Source: a virus
DNA: 64,000 nucleotides
Reading direction: 5' to 3' (one strand)
IMG/VR virus record: IMGVR_UViG_3300030104_004642
Coordinates: 51,003 to 115,002 of that record
A program made the position numbers and the translations under genes. The notes under the pieces are model-generated. The model was not told the DNA's origin. It saw nothing but the letters and a program-made list of their open reading frames with translations, and did not search any database. Positions 20,212 to 30,102 of the stretch are shown here, piece by piece. Position 1 is the stretch's first letter; every line of letters begins with the position of its first letter.

Positions 20212-21339
20212 TTATGTTACTACGTTTACTGTAAGGGCCAACATTTCAAAGTCACCTTCATCACTTGCCCTTGCAGATAGGTTAAAGGAACCGGCATCAG
20301 TTGTGGTGAGTCCAGCCAGAGAATTACCAACATAGAAGTTGATAAGTGTCTCACTTATATAGTTCTGGTCAGCACCCTCATTACAGATGACTGCCTGCTC
20401 CCTAATCACACTAAAATGTGTTGTTCCAAAGGATTGAGTTGTAGGATTTGTGGTGAAATTCAAAGCAAAGTCAAGGTTAGTATTGTCAATATCAGGGTTG
20501 AATTGAGCAGCAATTCTTACAATGACTGATGAACCTGCATCAGTACCAGCAAGTGAGAATTCTGTTTGACCCGTTCCAATTGTAGCACCAGCACCAATCC
20601 AGGGGTCATTGTTATTAACATTCAACATCTTCAGGGGCATGAAGTCAGTCTTGTTTGTTCTTACCTGTGGTTGAACTAGAACAAATTCATCAGCAGGAAG
20701 AGTCTGAACCGTATTTGCCACACCAGTAGTGTAGTAATCAGTTGTGTATCTATAATATCCCTGATGTAAATCATTAAAGTGTGTTCCTAGTCCTATTGAA
20801 CTTACACCAACATAATCACTACCATCATGTTGGAGAAGTTGACCTTCTGTTCCAGAGTAGGATCCTCCTCCACCACCAGTTGCACCTACAAACTTACCTG
20901 ATGCTGCATCATACTTGAGGAACTTACCATCTACCTTTGCAGAGTCCCTATCTACATCATCCAGGAACTCAAGTCTTACCTCACCACCCCCACCAAGGGA
21001 TCCAAGTTGAACTTGTAATCTATTAATTAAAAGTTTTTGATTCTCCTGTAACTTAGCAAGTGAATCAATTTTGTCAGATAGAAGAGGGTCCTCTGTTCTC
21101 TCAGGGAGTAACTCAACAGATGATTCAATCAGAGTTTTCTTTTCTAATTTTGCTTTTTCAGCAGCAATCTTCTCTTGATTTAACCTAATCTCTTCATAGA
21201 GATTTTTTACATTCTCCTGTACTTCACGAACCCCATCCTCAACCAAAGTTTTGTATTCTGGTTGTTTGATAGGAACGTCTTCATTGTTGTCTAATGACTC
21301 TACAAGAACCTTGAGGTCATCAAGAGTTATCTCCTTCAT
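20212..21339 (-). CDS. Putative structural protein (coiled coil, GGGG hinge, fibre-like C-terminus)
   Basis: 375 aa; RLQVQLGSLGGGGEVRLEFLDDVD...LKYDAASGKFVG, shared with the 1307-aa protein. Confidence 0.7.
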   Translation of the reverse strand: MKEITLDDLKVLVESLDNNEDVPIKQPEYKTLVEDGVREVQENVKNLYEEIRLNQEKIAAEKAKLEKKTLIESSVELLPERTEDPLLSDKIDSLAKLQENQKLLINRLQVQLGSLGGGGEVRLEFLDDVDRDSAKVDGKFLKYDAASGKFVGATGGGGGSYSGTEGQLLQHDGSDYVGVSSIGLGTHFNDLHQGYYRYTTDYYTTGVANTVQTLPADEFVLVQPQVRTNKTDFMPLKMLNVNNNDPWIGAGATIGTGQTEFSLAGTDAGSSVIVRIAAQFNPDIDNTNLDFALNFTTNPTTQSFGTTHFSVIREQAVICNEGADQNYISETLINFYVGNSLAGLTTTDAGSFNLSARASDEGDFEMLALTVNVVT

Positions 21340-21342
21340 TGA

Positions 21343-22815
21343 TCAACAGTTCCATGCTCTTAATGACTTATTTATCCTGCTATCAGGATCACTTGCTGTC
21401 TTCTTAGAGGTCAACTTTTTCTTCATACCCTTCATTCTTGCGCAAAAAGACGCTCTACGCTTGTTGCCAACTTTCTTTGAAGGTCTTTTAAGATCGCTTC
21501 CTGGGTTTTCTTGTTCATACGACTTTCTACCTTTTTCATTCAAACCTCCTTCTTTGTTTTTACCAGACTTTTTTGTCCATGCTGCTGCCTCCTCTACTTC
21601 TGTAGATTCAGTTTCTTCACCCATCTGTATTAGGGGTTCACCAGGTTGATAATCAGTCTTATCATATCTCTTAAGATGACAACCAGGATATACCTTATCA
21701 AGTGCAGCCTGAACTTCTGCCCTTGTGGGTGCTCCTACCTCAGGGAAGAAGATCTTCATCATCATGTATTTACCCCTCATGGTGAATGCCACAAGATAGA
21801 TATTGCCAGTCTTGGCAGGAACTCTTACTGCTTCAGTAACTGCCTCACATTTCATTTCATTTTCAATATCAGGACAATCTTTCATCCCATGAACAGGACA
21901 GAACAACCCTTTATGGTTATGGGCACATTTTTTCTTTTCTTCACTGATGCCTGCCTTTCTCAGTCTACTTGCCTGACTAGTATGCATCTTTACAGCAGCA
22001 TCTAGTTCTTTAGCAATCTTCTTTACATTTTTAGGAACTTCTTTTTTCTCATTTACAACTTCAACCTCAAATCCTGCCCTTCTCATGGCATCAATCTGGA
22101 TCTGAGAGAACTCAGGGAGTGCAAGAAACTCCTCTTTCTTTGTAGATTTACCATAGTTCTTAGCACCCTTCTTACGGCACTGAACCAATCTTCCAGAGGC
22201 ATATGCAGAAGGCCAGACACTGGCAGATGCTTTCACCTTATGATAACAAGCATCCTTCTTACCTTCCTTTTCAAGGATGGTCTCTTCCTTTTGGGTTTTC
22301 TTCTTGGTGTTCACGTGAATTGCACTCCCTTTTCTGTCTGGATTAGGATCATTTGCTCTCTTGCGTCTTACAGAAGCACCCCTTTCTGCCTTAGACATGC
22401 TTGCTGCCTTATCTTTTGATAAGCACTTTGGTTTGGGACCATCACCTTTTCCATCACCATCTTTATCATCACGAGCACATTTACCAACCCTTTCACCCTT
22501 GGTGTTATAGCGGTCCCATCCACCACCACCTGCTCCACCACCACCTCCTTTACCAAACCATGCTCTTAGATCCTCACTTACGGATCCACCATTGCCACTC
22601 CCAGACCCATTACCACCATTGCCATTACCATTGCCATTAGAAACATTACCATTTTTCTTACCATTCTTTTTAGTGGTACTATCATCATCCTCAGTGTGTC
22701 CATTCTCCTTACGAAGCATACCAGCAGGTCCAACCATCTTGAACCCTTTTGGAATGTCTTTGCACACCTTGTCAGTGTAACAATAATATTTGCCGTCTGG
22801 ACACTTCTTTTTCAT
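21343..22815 (-). CDS. Conserved modular basic late protein (candidate internal head protein)
   Basis: 490 aa of Lys/Cys-rich modules with an Asn-Gly linker; exact TATAAATA upstream. Confidence 0.8.
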   Translation of the reverse strand: MKKKCPDGKYYCYTDKVCKDIPKGFKMVGPAGMLRKENGHTEDDDSTTKKNGKKNGNVSNGNGNGNGGNGSGSGNGGSVSEDLRAWFGKGGGGGAGGGGWDRYNTKGERVGKCARDDKDGDGKGDGPKPKCLSKDKAASMSKAERGASVRRKRANDPNPDRKGSAIHVNTKKKTQKEETILEKEGKKDACYHKVKASASVWPSAYASGRLVQCRKKGAKNYGKSTKKEEFLALPEFSQIQIDAMRRAGFEVEVVNEKKEVPKNVKKIAKELDAAVKMHTSQASRLRKAGISEEKKKCAHNHKGLFCPVHGMKDCPDIENEMKCEAVTEAVRVPAKTGNIYLVAFTMRGKYMMMKIFFPEVGAPTRAEVQAALDKVYPGCHLKRYDKTDYQPGEPLIQMGEETESTEVEEAAAWTKKSGKNKEGGLNEKGRKSYEQENPGSDLKRPSKKVGNKRRASFCARMKGMKKKLTSKKTASDPDSRINKSLRAWNC

Positions 22816-22837
22816 TTTATATAAAAAGGTCTCTTAG

Positions 22838-22845
22838 TATTTATA
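22838..22845 (-). promoter_or_regulatory. T4-type late promoter
   Basis: Exact TATAAATA on the minus strand, overlapping the stop of the 57-aa ORF. Confidence 0.8.
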
Positions 22846-23014
22846 GACCAATGATTGTAAGGGGATTAGACATCACAGTTGCAACCCCAGATGTATTATC
22901 AAATTCTATCCTGTTACTCTCATAATCAAGTTTTTTCATATTTCCTAAATCTACACCATCACTTGCAATACCAACACTTCCTCCTCCATTTACCTCGCTT
23001 ATAAGTCTAGGCAT
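22841..23014 (-). CDS. Small hypothetical structural protein (57 aa, not in the ORF track)
   Basis: MPRLISEVNGGGSVGIASDGVDLGNMKKLDYESNRIEFDNTSGVATVMSNPLTIIGL; TAATG-coupled to the upstream gene and fills the gap exactly. Confidence 0.75.
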   Translation of the reverse strand: MPRLISEVNGGGSVGIASDGVDLGNMKKLDYESNRIEFDNTSGVATVMSNPLTIIGL

Positions 23015-23346
23015 TAGTTAGCAGTCTCCAACACTGATAGAAGAACTTTGAGAGATGAATTAGCACCAGCACTTGCCTTAATGGAGTCATTGGTTTGAAG
23101 AACCAATTTACCATCAAGGGGCACATAAGCATCACTCACAGGCACAGAAGCATCTTTAATAATCTCAGTGGTTGTGCTACTTCTCACATGAGACATGGTG
23201 AATGTGGTTGCTGATGAAGCAACATTGGTTACATGAGCATATAATACAATCCCTGTATAACCTGTGGGTGCTGTATATACTGTTTGATCTGAGGTTGTTA
23301 AAACAATAGTCTCTGTCTTAAACCTATTGAGTGCTAATTGTGCCAT
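23014..23346 (-). CDS. Hypothetical virion protein
   Basis: 110 aa, beta-rich, VYTAPTGYTGIVL...GKLVLQTNDSI; abuts the fibre gene. Confidence 0.75.
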   Translation of the reverse strand: MAQLALNRFKTETIVLTTSDQTVYTAPTGYTGIVLYAHVTNVASSATTFTMSHVRSSTTTEIIKDASVPVSDAYVPLDGKLVLQTNDSIKASAGANSSLKVLLSVLETAN

Positions 23347-26300
23347 TTAACTAAGTGCTAGAATGAAGGGGGTCATTTCTGAGAACAAACTCTTAGAGAA
23401 TGCTCTACCACTGATTGTTCCTGTTGCCTGATTGATTTGCAAATCATCACCAATTCTGAAGTTACCAGACTGGTCTGTGCTGGTATATATCACTCTGCCT
23501 CCATTTTGACTGACTGCTTCATTTGCCTGGATTGTTACTCCTCCTCTCTTTGGAGTAGCACCAGTGATTGTATTTCCAGAACCAATATATTCAAATGTGT
23601 GGGAACTAGCAACAATCTTACTTTGTTGGAAGAAGAAAGCAGTGGACCCCACTCCAACAGTGTTGAATAAGTTTTCAGCAAGGGTTAATGTAGTAATTCC
23701 AGAGGATATGGGTGTAGCACTATTTATTGTGAAGTAGGTATCTGACATCACTGCTGTTGCAGTGGCAGTTGTTCCTGAATCAGGGGCAGAAATGGTGATT
23801 GTGGCAGTGCCTGTGTACTGACTTCCACTACTAATAATATCAATTGATGTAACATTACCACCCTCTATGGTTGCAAAGGCAGTTGCAACCTCTCCATTTG
23901 GTCCTGAGGGGGTTGAAACAGTGACTGAGGGTGTGGAAGTATATCCACTTCCCCCATTAGTGATTGTAATTGATTCTACTGACTTAAAGAGAGTATCAAA
24001 GAAGACAACCTGACCATCATATGGTCTTGTGGTAACAGCACCAACATTAACAATCACTGTATCCTGACCAGCAGCAGCAGAGGTGGTAACTATACCTGTG
24101 AACTGTTGATCACTTACACCATCAGCAATAAGACCAAATGTACCAAAACTACAATTACTATTGGCAACATCAGCCTGACCACCTTTGTGAACAGTGATTG
24201 CTTTATCACAGCAAATTGTAAACACTGAGACTAATTGAGCATAACCCTCATTAGTTACAGCAACACCAACACCACCCTGATTATATTGGGTGAAAGCATC
24301 AACATTCATTGACTTAGTTTTTTCTGCCTTATCACCATCAATTAAAACACCAATACCTGTGGTTGTGTCACTTGTGCAGTTTTGAATATATGGTCCTTTC
24401 CATTTACCACCACCAACATTAGTAGCACCACCAGTTGGGAAAGCAACAGCAGCTGCTGGATGAACATGACCAGAGAAGGTCATATTTGCTAACTTGCAAC
24501 CCTTCTTGACATGGAATATATCCTGTGTTGTGTTGTTTGGGAGAACCTTTACAGTCCTTAGATCATCACCAACAACAGCACTAAATGCTGGAAGTTCTAT
24601 TGGATTATTTTCCACATAGTTTCCAGACAATACCTTAATTACAGATCCAGTATTTGCAATACTTACTGCACCAGCAATGGTCAATTTAGCATTATCAATT
24701 GATGTTCCATTATTGGTATCATCACCATCCTTGGCAACATAGAAAACATTAGGAGCAGAGTTGATACCAGTGGCACCAGCATCAAGTGTGACATTCTCAC
24801 CCAGGATGATTGTGGAGTTTGTAACAGTAACAAGACCAACACTGACTGTATTGTTGTCACCATCAATCACAACAGATGCTGAACCAACAGTTAGGATGCC
24901 AAGTATTCTGGCATCACCATCAACCAGCAATGCTGTATTACCAGAACCAATATGTACTGTTCCAACACCAGTGTTAAAGGTTGATATACCAGTTACACCA
25001 AAACTACCAGAACCAGTGATGTTTTTGCTATTAAGATCAAGATTGCCACCAAGTTGTGGTGTTGTGTCCTCTACAACATTGGTAAGCAGAGTTCCAGAAT
25101 CTGATGGTAGGGTGAGGGTGATATTACCAGAGAAGTCAGAATGTGCTGGTGCCTGAATCCTGGCATAGTGAGCATTACTTGCCTCACAATACAGGTCAAT
25201 CCTACCAGGAGATCCATCGTCACTAAAAAGTTTAATTTGGTTTGTCAGTGTGGATACACCAGTAACATTTAATGAATCAGATTCAATGTTACCTGTAATA
25301 TTGATACCACCACTGGTTGTCTCAAACTTCTCAACATCATTGAAGTAAAGTCTTACACCCTCATCATCCTGAAATACAGCAGATGACTTACCAGACTTTG
25401 CCTGAATGATGATGTTACCACCATCGTCATCATCTACATTGTTCCTGATGAATAATGGACCTGTGTTATTATCAATGAATGATTGATTACTATCATGGTA
25501 TAGTTGTAAATCAGCACTAGCACCAATCTGCAACTTCTTACCATCAGTAATAATTTCAATATTATCCCTACCAGTAATAATACCAAGGGAATCTACATTC
25601 TTTACATCCTCATATGTGACTGTTCCACCAACTGTTACATTTCCTGTTGCCTCAATATCTCCAATAACATGAAGTGAAACTCCTGCCTTTGCAGTTGTTG
25701 TTCCAATACCAACACTCTTTACAGTGTGAATACCAACATTATCAACACCCCAAGTACCAGCAGCACCAACAGATCCTTGAATTGCAGTGCTGGCAATACC
25801 AACCCATTTTGAGGTGGTAGAATTATAAATTAGTAGTTGATTATCTGTTCCATCAAATGTTACATCATCAAGGTCTTTGATGAATCCTGCTCCACCACCA
25901 CCCATGGTGGATAGTTGTGTCTGAATTCTACTAATGAACAACCTGTAGTGTTTTGACAGGTCATCAAGAGTGGCAAATTTTTGGTCAAGAGGTGTCAGTG
26001 GGTCAGTTTGTTTACCAGCAGTTTCTTTCTCGTTGGGAGGTTCATCAAGCAGACCCTCAGTAAGAGTTTTTTGCTGCTTTTTAATGACATTTGCAATTTT
26101 GTAGAGTTCAGTGATCAGACCTTTGATGTTGGTCTTTACATTTTTGACCTCAACTTGCAGTTTTTTTATGTCTTTGTCATAATATTTGACCTCTGGAAGA
26201 GAATTGAACTTTTGCTCTACTTCTTCTTTTAAATCAGTGTAAAAAGAGATGATTTTCTCATCTGTCTTGATACTTTCATTCTCAATAGACTTAATTTGTT

Positions 26301-27270
26301 CCTTTAAAGTCTGTTTGAGTTTGTTTTGCTCACCTAATATTGATTTTTTTAGTTTTCTATCATCATCTTTGAATTCTTTGTGATGATCATAAACCCTGAG
26401 GGTCATTTCCCTCAGTTCTTTGTAGATTTTTTCCTTAGATTCAGTTAATCTGATGTTTGTGGAGTCTAAATTCTCAGAAAGATTCTTTGAATCTACTCTT
26501 TGTTCAAAATCTTTGGTTTCAATAACCTCATTTAACTCAGAAACCCTTGAATCTATTTTTTCCTTGATAATATCAAGGTGCCCCTGTACCTTTTTGAAGT
26601 CATCATCAATAATTCCAAAGGTTTTACCAATCCATGAGAAATCTGGAACCTCATTTACCTTCTGAACCCAGTCAGGGAAGGTTGGAATACTCTCATTGAC
26701 CTGTTCAATCCTTGATTTAAGGGCATCAAGGTCATTTTCATAGTATTTTACCTCTGGAAGGGACTCAATTTCTTCCTTAATTCTTGATATTTTACCATAA
26801 ATGAGTTCAATATCACCCTCATAGTACCTGACCTCAGGAACTTCTGGGATTTTTTGCTCAATTTCAGTTAATTTTTCTTCAAATTCCTCATTTTTTGATT
26901 TTAAATCAAAGATTTTATCACTTTTGAGATCATAAATTGAAAAATTCTCTTGAATTTCAGCAATTTTTTCACTTATCTGACCAATCTCTTCATCATATGA
27001 CTTGATCTCAGGTATTTCAGGTATTTCTTTTCTTACATCATTAACTAATTTGACCAGTTCTTGCCATTCTGGTGCTTTTACTACGTCAATAACCTCTGCA
27101 AATGTATTTCCATCTGCATCTTCAATGGTTTGATCCTCTTCAAGAGGGTAAGTCTTATATTCTTCTACTGATGGTAATTCTTCTTTCTCTTCAATGAAGT
27201 CCTTATAAGAGGGAAGATTGCTCTCCTCTAGATAATCATTTATTGACGGCAAGTCCTCTTTATTAGACAT
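23347..27270 (-). CDS. Large fibre-like structural protein (N-terminal coiled coil, C-terminal putative beta-helix)
   Basis: 1307 aa with PEV(K/R)YY repeats, a GGGG hinge, DTTPQLGGNLDLN and FYVAKDGDDTNNGTS...TIAGA (typical beta-helix cap). Confidence 0.75.
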   Translation of the reverse strand: MSNKEDLPSINDYLEESNLPSYKDFIEEKEELPSVEEYKTYPLEEDQTIEDADGNTFAEVIDVVKAPEWQELVKLVNDVRKEIPEIPEIKSYDEEIGQISEKIAEIQENFSIYDLKSDKIFDLKSKNEEFEEKLTEIEQKIPEVPEVRYYEGDIELIYGKISRIKEEIESLPEVKYYENDLDALKSRIEQVNESIPTFPDWVQKVNEVPDFSWIGKTFGIIDDDFKKVQGHLDIIKEKIDSRVSELNEVIETKDFEQRVDSKNLSENLDSTNIRLTESKEKIYKELREMTLRVYDHHKEFKDDDRKLKKSILGEQNKLKQTLKEQIKSIENESIKTDEKIISFYTDLKEEVEQKFNSLPEVKYYDKDIKKLQVEVKNVKTNIKGLITELYKIANVIKKQQKTLTEGLLDEPPNEKETAGKQTDPLTPLDQKFATLDDLSKHYRLFISRIQTQLSTMGGGGAGFIKDLDDVTFDGTDNQLLIYNSTTSKWVGIASTAIQGSVGAAGTWGVDNVGIHTVKSVGIGTTTAKAGVSLHVIGDIEATGNVTVGGTVTYEDVKNVDSLGIITGRDNIEIITDGKKLQIGASADLQLYHDSNQSFIDNNTGPLFIRNNVDDDDGGNIIIQAKSGKSSAVFQDDEGVRLYFNDVEKFETTSGGINITGNIESDSLNVTGVSTLTNQIKLFSDDGSPGRIDLYCEASNAHYARIQAPAHSDFSGNITLTLPSDSGTLLTNVVEDTTPQLGGNLDLNSKNITGSGSFGVTGISTFNTGVGTVHIGSGNTALLVDGDARILGILTVGSASVVIDGDNNTVSVGLVTVTNSTIILGENVTLDAGATGINSAPNVFYVAKDGDDTNNGTSIDNAKLTIAGAVSIANTGSVIKVLSGNYVENNPIELPAFSAVVGDDLRTVKVLPNNTTQDIFHVKKGCKLANMTFSGHVHPAAAVAFPTGGATNVGGGKWKGPYIQNCTSDTTTGIGVLIDGDKAEKTKSMNVDAFTQYNQGGVGVAVTNEGYAQLVSVFTICCDKAITVHKGGQADVANSNCSFGTFGLIADGVSDQQFTGIVTTSAAAGQDTVIVNVGAVTTRPYDGQVVFFDTLFKSVESITITNGGSGYTSTPSVTVSTPSGPNGEVATAFATIEGGNVTSIDIISSGSQYTGTATITISAPDSGTTATATAVMSDTYFTINSATPISSGITTLTLAENLFNTVGVGSTAFFFQQSKIVASSHTFEYIGSGNTITGATPKRGGVTIQANEAVSQNGGRVIYTSTDQSGNFRIGDDLQINQATGTISGRAFSKSLFSEMTPFILALS

Positions 27271-27312
27271 TCTATTAGTAATAATACTTTGGGATTTCTC
27301 TCCCTTGATGTA

Positions 27313-27687
27313 TTATTTATCAGGATTATTATTCTTCAATAACTTTTGCAATTCTGCTGTTGAACCAACAAATAAGGCATTGTTAACTGTGGTTGGACCC
27401 TTGCTTACTCTTTCTTCTTCTACATCTTTTAACTTCTGTTGTAAGGTCATCAGTTTATCAGTTGCATCAGCAACATTCTTGATCAACTGACCAGCAACCT
27501 CATATGCCCTTGGCATCTCACTCTCCTGTGCAAGTTCTAAGATACCATTAATTGCTTCCTGACCCTTTTCAATGATTGAATATAGGTTACCCCTGGTGTA
27601 TTCATAATCTTTTTCTACATCATCCTTTGTCAGATGAGCAGGTTTTTCTTTACCAGGAGTCACATCTATAATATTATCTTCTGTCAT
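27313..27687 (-). CDS. gp16: Terminase small subunit gp16
   Basis: DYEYTRGNLYSIIEKG, PRAYEVAGQLIK and NNALFVGSTAELQK motifs. Confidence 0.95.
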   Translation of the reverse strand: MTEDNIIDVTPGKEKPAHLTKDDVEKDYEYTRGNLYSIIEKGQEAINGILELAQESEMPRAYEVAGQLIKNVADATDKLMTLQQKLKDVEEERVSKGPTTVNNALFVGSTAELQKLLKNNNPDK

Positions 27688-28694
27688 CAGAAGGTGCTCC
27701 CATCAAAACCAAAGTTATCTCCAATATCAATGAAGTTAGCATCTGCTGCCTCAATACCAAGGACAGATGCTCCCAGAACATGACTGGCAGCAGTGGTTTT
27801 ATCTTGACCCCTCTTAACTGTGAGTTTGTTTCCATTAATTTTGTCAACAAACATCTCCTCCTCACCAACAGTAACATATTGCTTGACAGTAACTGCTGAT
27901 CCATCATCAACAGTGATGACAGTTTCTGTGGTATCAACATCCTCCGCAAGTTGGGTCAAAACATTGCCATTGTAATCTTTGGTTGCTCTTGGAACAACAC
28001 TATATGTGACATCCCTTTGATATGATTGACCAGAGGATGTTCTCTGACCAGCAACATATCCAACTTGTACCTTCTTAATGACATCACTGGATACATCAGA
28101 GATAGGACCATAAAGATTGGTCTTAGCAACAAATCTGAGTGTATAGACAAGTGCTCTTCTTGTATCAAAATTACCCTCATAATCATCCTCCATTGAAACA
28201 CTTTCCAACTGGACAGGAACATTGACTACCTCTTTCAGACTACCAAGTAATTTGATAGGAAGGGTATATGATGGTTGAAAGTATGGGAGGATCTGTTCAA
28301 TAGTTTGAAGTGCATCATCATTTAACTTAGTCATAATTGACAATTCAAAACCCATATTGTATGGGACAGGCATAAAGACCTTCTTGGTCTTTGTGCCATT
28401 ATCAGTTACAGGATGAAATGCTTGTGTTTGAGTTGCCTTTCTTGTTGGGTCATATTGAAGATCAGTAAATTCAAATGACATCCTTGGTAGAGTCATTTGA
28501 ACTGGTTTATTCAGATCTGCTTCCTGCTGCAATCTGGCGAGGAACTTCTGGGTAGGACCATATGCAAGAGGAACCTTAATGACACTATAAGTATCATTAT
28601 TTGCATCCTTCTTATGGATCTCAATCCCATTGAAGAGAGATCCAAATGCTATGATTACTGATCTGAAGATCTCATTGTAAAAATGCTCAAACAT
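27687..28694 (-). CDS. gp15: Tail sheath stabiliser / completion protein gp15
   Basis: KVPLAYGPTQKFLARL, LPRMSFE and QILPYFQP motifs. Confidence 0.95.
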   Translation of the reverse strand: MFEHFYNEIFRSVIIAFGSLFNGIEIHKKDANNDTYSVIKVPLAYGPTQKFLARLQQEADLNKPVQMTLPRMSFEFTDLQYDPTRKATQTQAFHPVTDNGTKTKKVFMPVPYNMGFELSIMTKLNDDALQTIEQILPYFQPSYTLPIKLLGSLKEVVNVPVQLESVSMEDDYEGNFDTRRALVYTLRFVAKTNLYGPISDVSSDVIKKVQVGYVAGQRTSSGQSYQRDVTYSVVPRATKDYNGNVLTQLAEDVDTTETVITVDDGSAVTVKQYVTVGEEEMFVDKINGNKLTVKRGQDKTTAASHVLGASVLGIEAADANFIDIGDNFGFDGSTF

Positions 28695-28718
28695 TTTATT
28701 ACTACTTTTTATTATTTA

Positions 28719-30101
28719 TTAGGGCATACCAAAGGGGTTAGTTTTGGTGAAGTCAATTATGTCATCTGCCAATATTTCAATGTTGTCATTGTCAGCAAAT
28801 CCACTAACCACATCATCCTTGTTGAGGACTCTAAGAGCAAATGATGCTCCAGAATCTTGACCAATAATATTCTCTCCAACAAGGAATGAACCATCAACAA
28901 TTGATACCTGAAGGGTGTTATTGACAGCATCCCATTCTTTAACCCTAGCAGTGGTTCCAGATACAGATCCTGTTACAATCTCATTAAAGACATAACTTCC
29001 AGTGGCAGCACTGGCAGGAGGAGAATCAAATGTGATTGTTGGATTGGTTGTATATCCACTTCCAGGATTTGTAATATATGCTGCTATGACAGTGCCAGCA
29101 GCATTGATTCTTGCAACACCAGAGGCAGTCACTCCTACACCTGGTGATGAGAATGTAATGTCTGGATGTGATGTATAACCAGAACCAGCATTGGTAATAG
29201 TAATAGAAGCAGCACTAACATCAGTTGACAGTCCAGTGGTTGCTGCTGCCCCACCACCTCCACCACCAGTGAAGACAATTGATGGAGCAACTGTATAACC
29301 AGCACCAGCATTAGACAGTAATACTGCCATCACAGAACCATTCTTGCTTCCAGTGCAGTTAACAAAATCTGTTGATAGTGAGGCAATACCAACAGCAGTG
29401 ACACCACCTGAGGGGGCAGATGAGAATCCAACTGTTGGTGCAGTGGCATAACCACCACCCATATTGGTTATATTGACAGAGGTAATAGTACCAGTTGCTG
29501 TTGATGCTGTTCCTGCTGCTGTTATAGACTGTCCAATCAGGGTAAGGGTCTGTATATAACCAATCTGCTCAATCTCATCATCAATGGTCTCTACACCAGT
29601 ATCAATAACCTCATCCTCATATCTGTAAAGTTGAAGACTCAGTGTGTAGACATAATTCTTTTGTAGTTGATAGAATGGTTGCTCATGCTCAACATAGTTA
29701 ATCTCAAACAATCTATCACCAAGTGGGAAGTAGACCAGATCACCCTCCTTTGGTCTGGTTGCTAACTCAATGTTGGGAATATTTTTGATTAGTGGTGTAA
29801 TATATCTTTCATATCTGTCCCTTGATATAACCAGTTTAAGATCATCCTGATTTTCAATACCAAACTTGGATAACAAGGTTCCTTGTCCACCATATCCCTC
29901 ATAACTATCAAGATATGCTTCTAATGGATAAGCATTATCAAATTCTGATTGAATAACTTCCCTTATGACAGTATTTTTTGTCACATACCTTCTGGGGATA
30001 TAGTAAATCTCAATACCATACATCTTCAACTGTTCGTTGACTAAACTCTGTATGAGATTTTGCTCTGACTTTTGACTATTGAGAAAGTATGGATTTAACA
30101 T
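28719..30101 (-). CDS. gp14: Neck protein gp14
   Basis: RPKEGDLVYFP and VEHEQPFYQL motifs, with an inserted block of TNxGxGY repeats. Confidence 0.93.
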   Translation of the reverse strand: MLNPYFLNSQKSEQNLIQSLVNEQLKMYGIEIYYIPRRYVTKNTVIREVIQSEFDNAYPLEAYLDSYEGYGGQGTLLSKFGIENQDDLKLVISRDRYERYITPLIKNIPNIELATRPKEGDLVYFPLGDRLFEINYVEHEQPFYQLQKNYVYTLSLQLYRYEDEVIDTGVETIDDEIEQIGYIQTLTLIGQSITAAGTASTATGTITSVNITNMGGGYATAPTVGFSSAPSGGVTAVGIASLSTDFVNCTGSKNGSVMAVLLSNAGAGYTVAPSIVFTGGGGGGAAATTGLSTDVSAASITITNAGSGYTSHPDITFSSPGVGVTASGVARINAAGTVIAAYITNPGSGYTTNPTITFDSPPASAATGSYVFNEIVTGSVSGTTARVKEWDAVNNTLQVSIVDGSFLVGENIIGQDSGASFALRVLNKDDVVSGFADNDNIEILADDIIDFTKTNPFGMP

Positions 30102-30102
30102 A

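Noticed and set aside
22585-22660. Short tandem DNA repeats (ccattgccatta...; also 7908-7945 and 34087-34112)
   Set aside because: They are explained by low-complexity Asn-Gly, Glu-Val-Glu-Pro and poly-Pro protein linkers.
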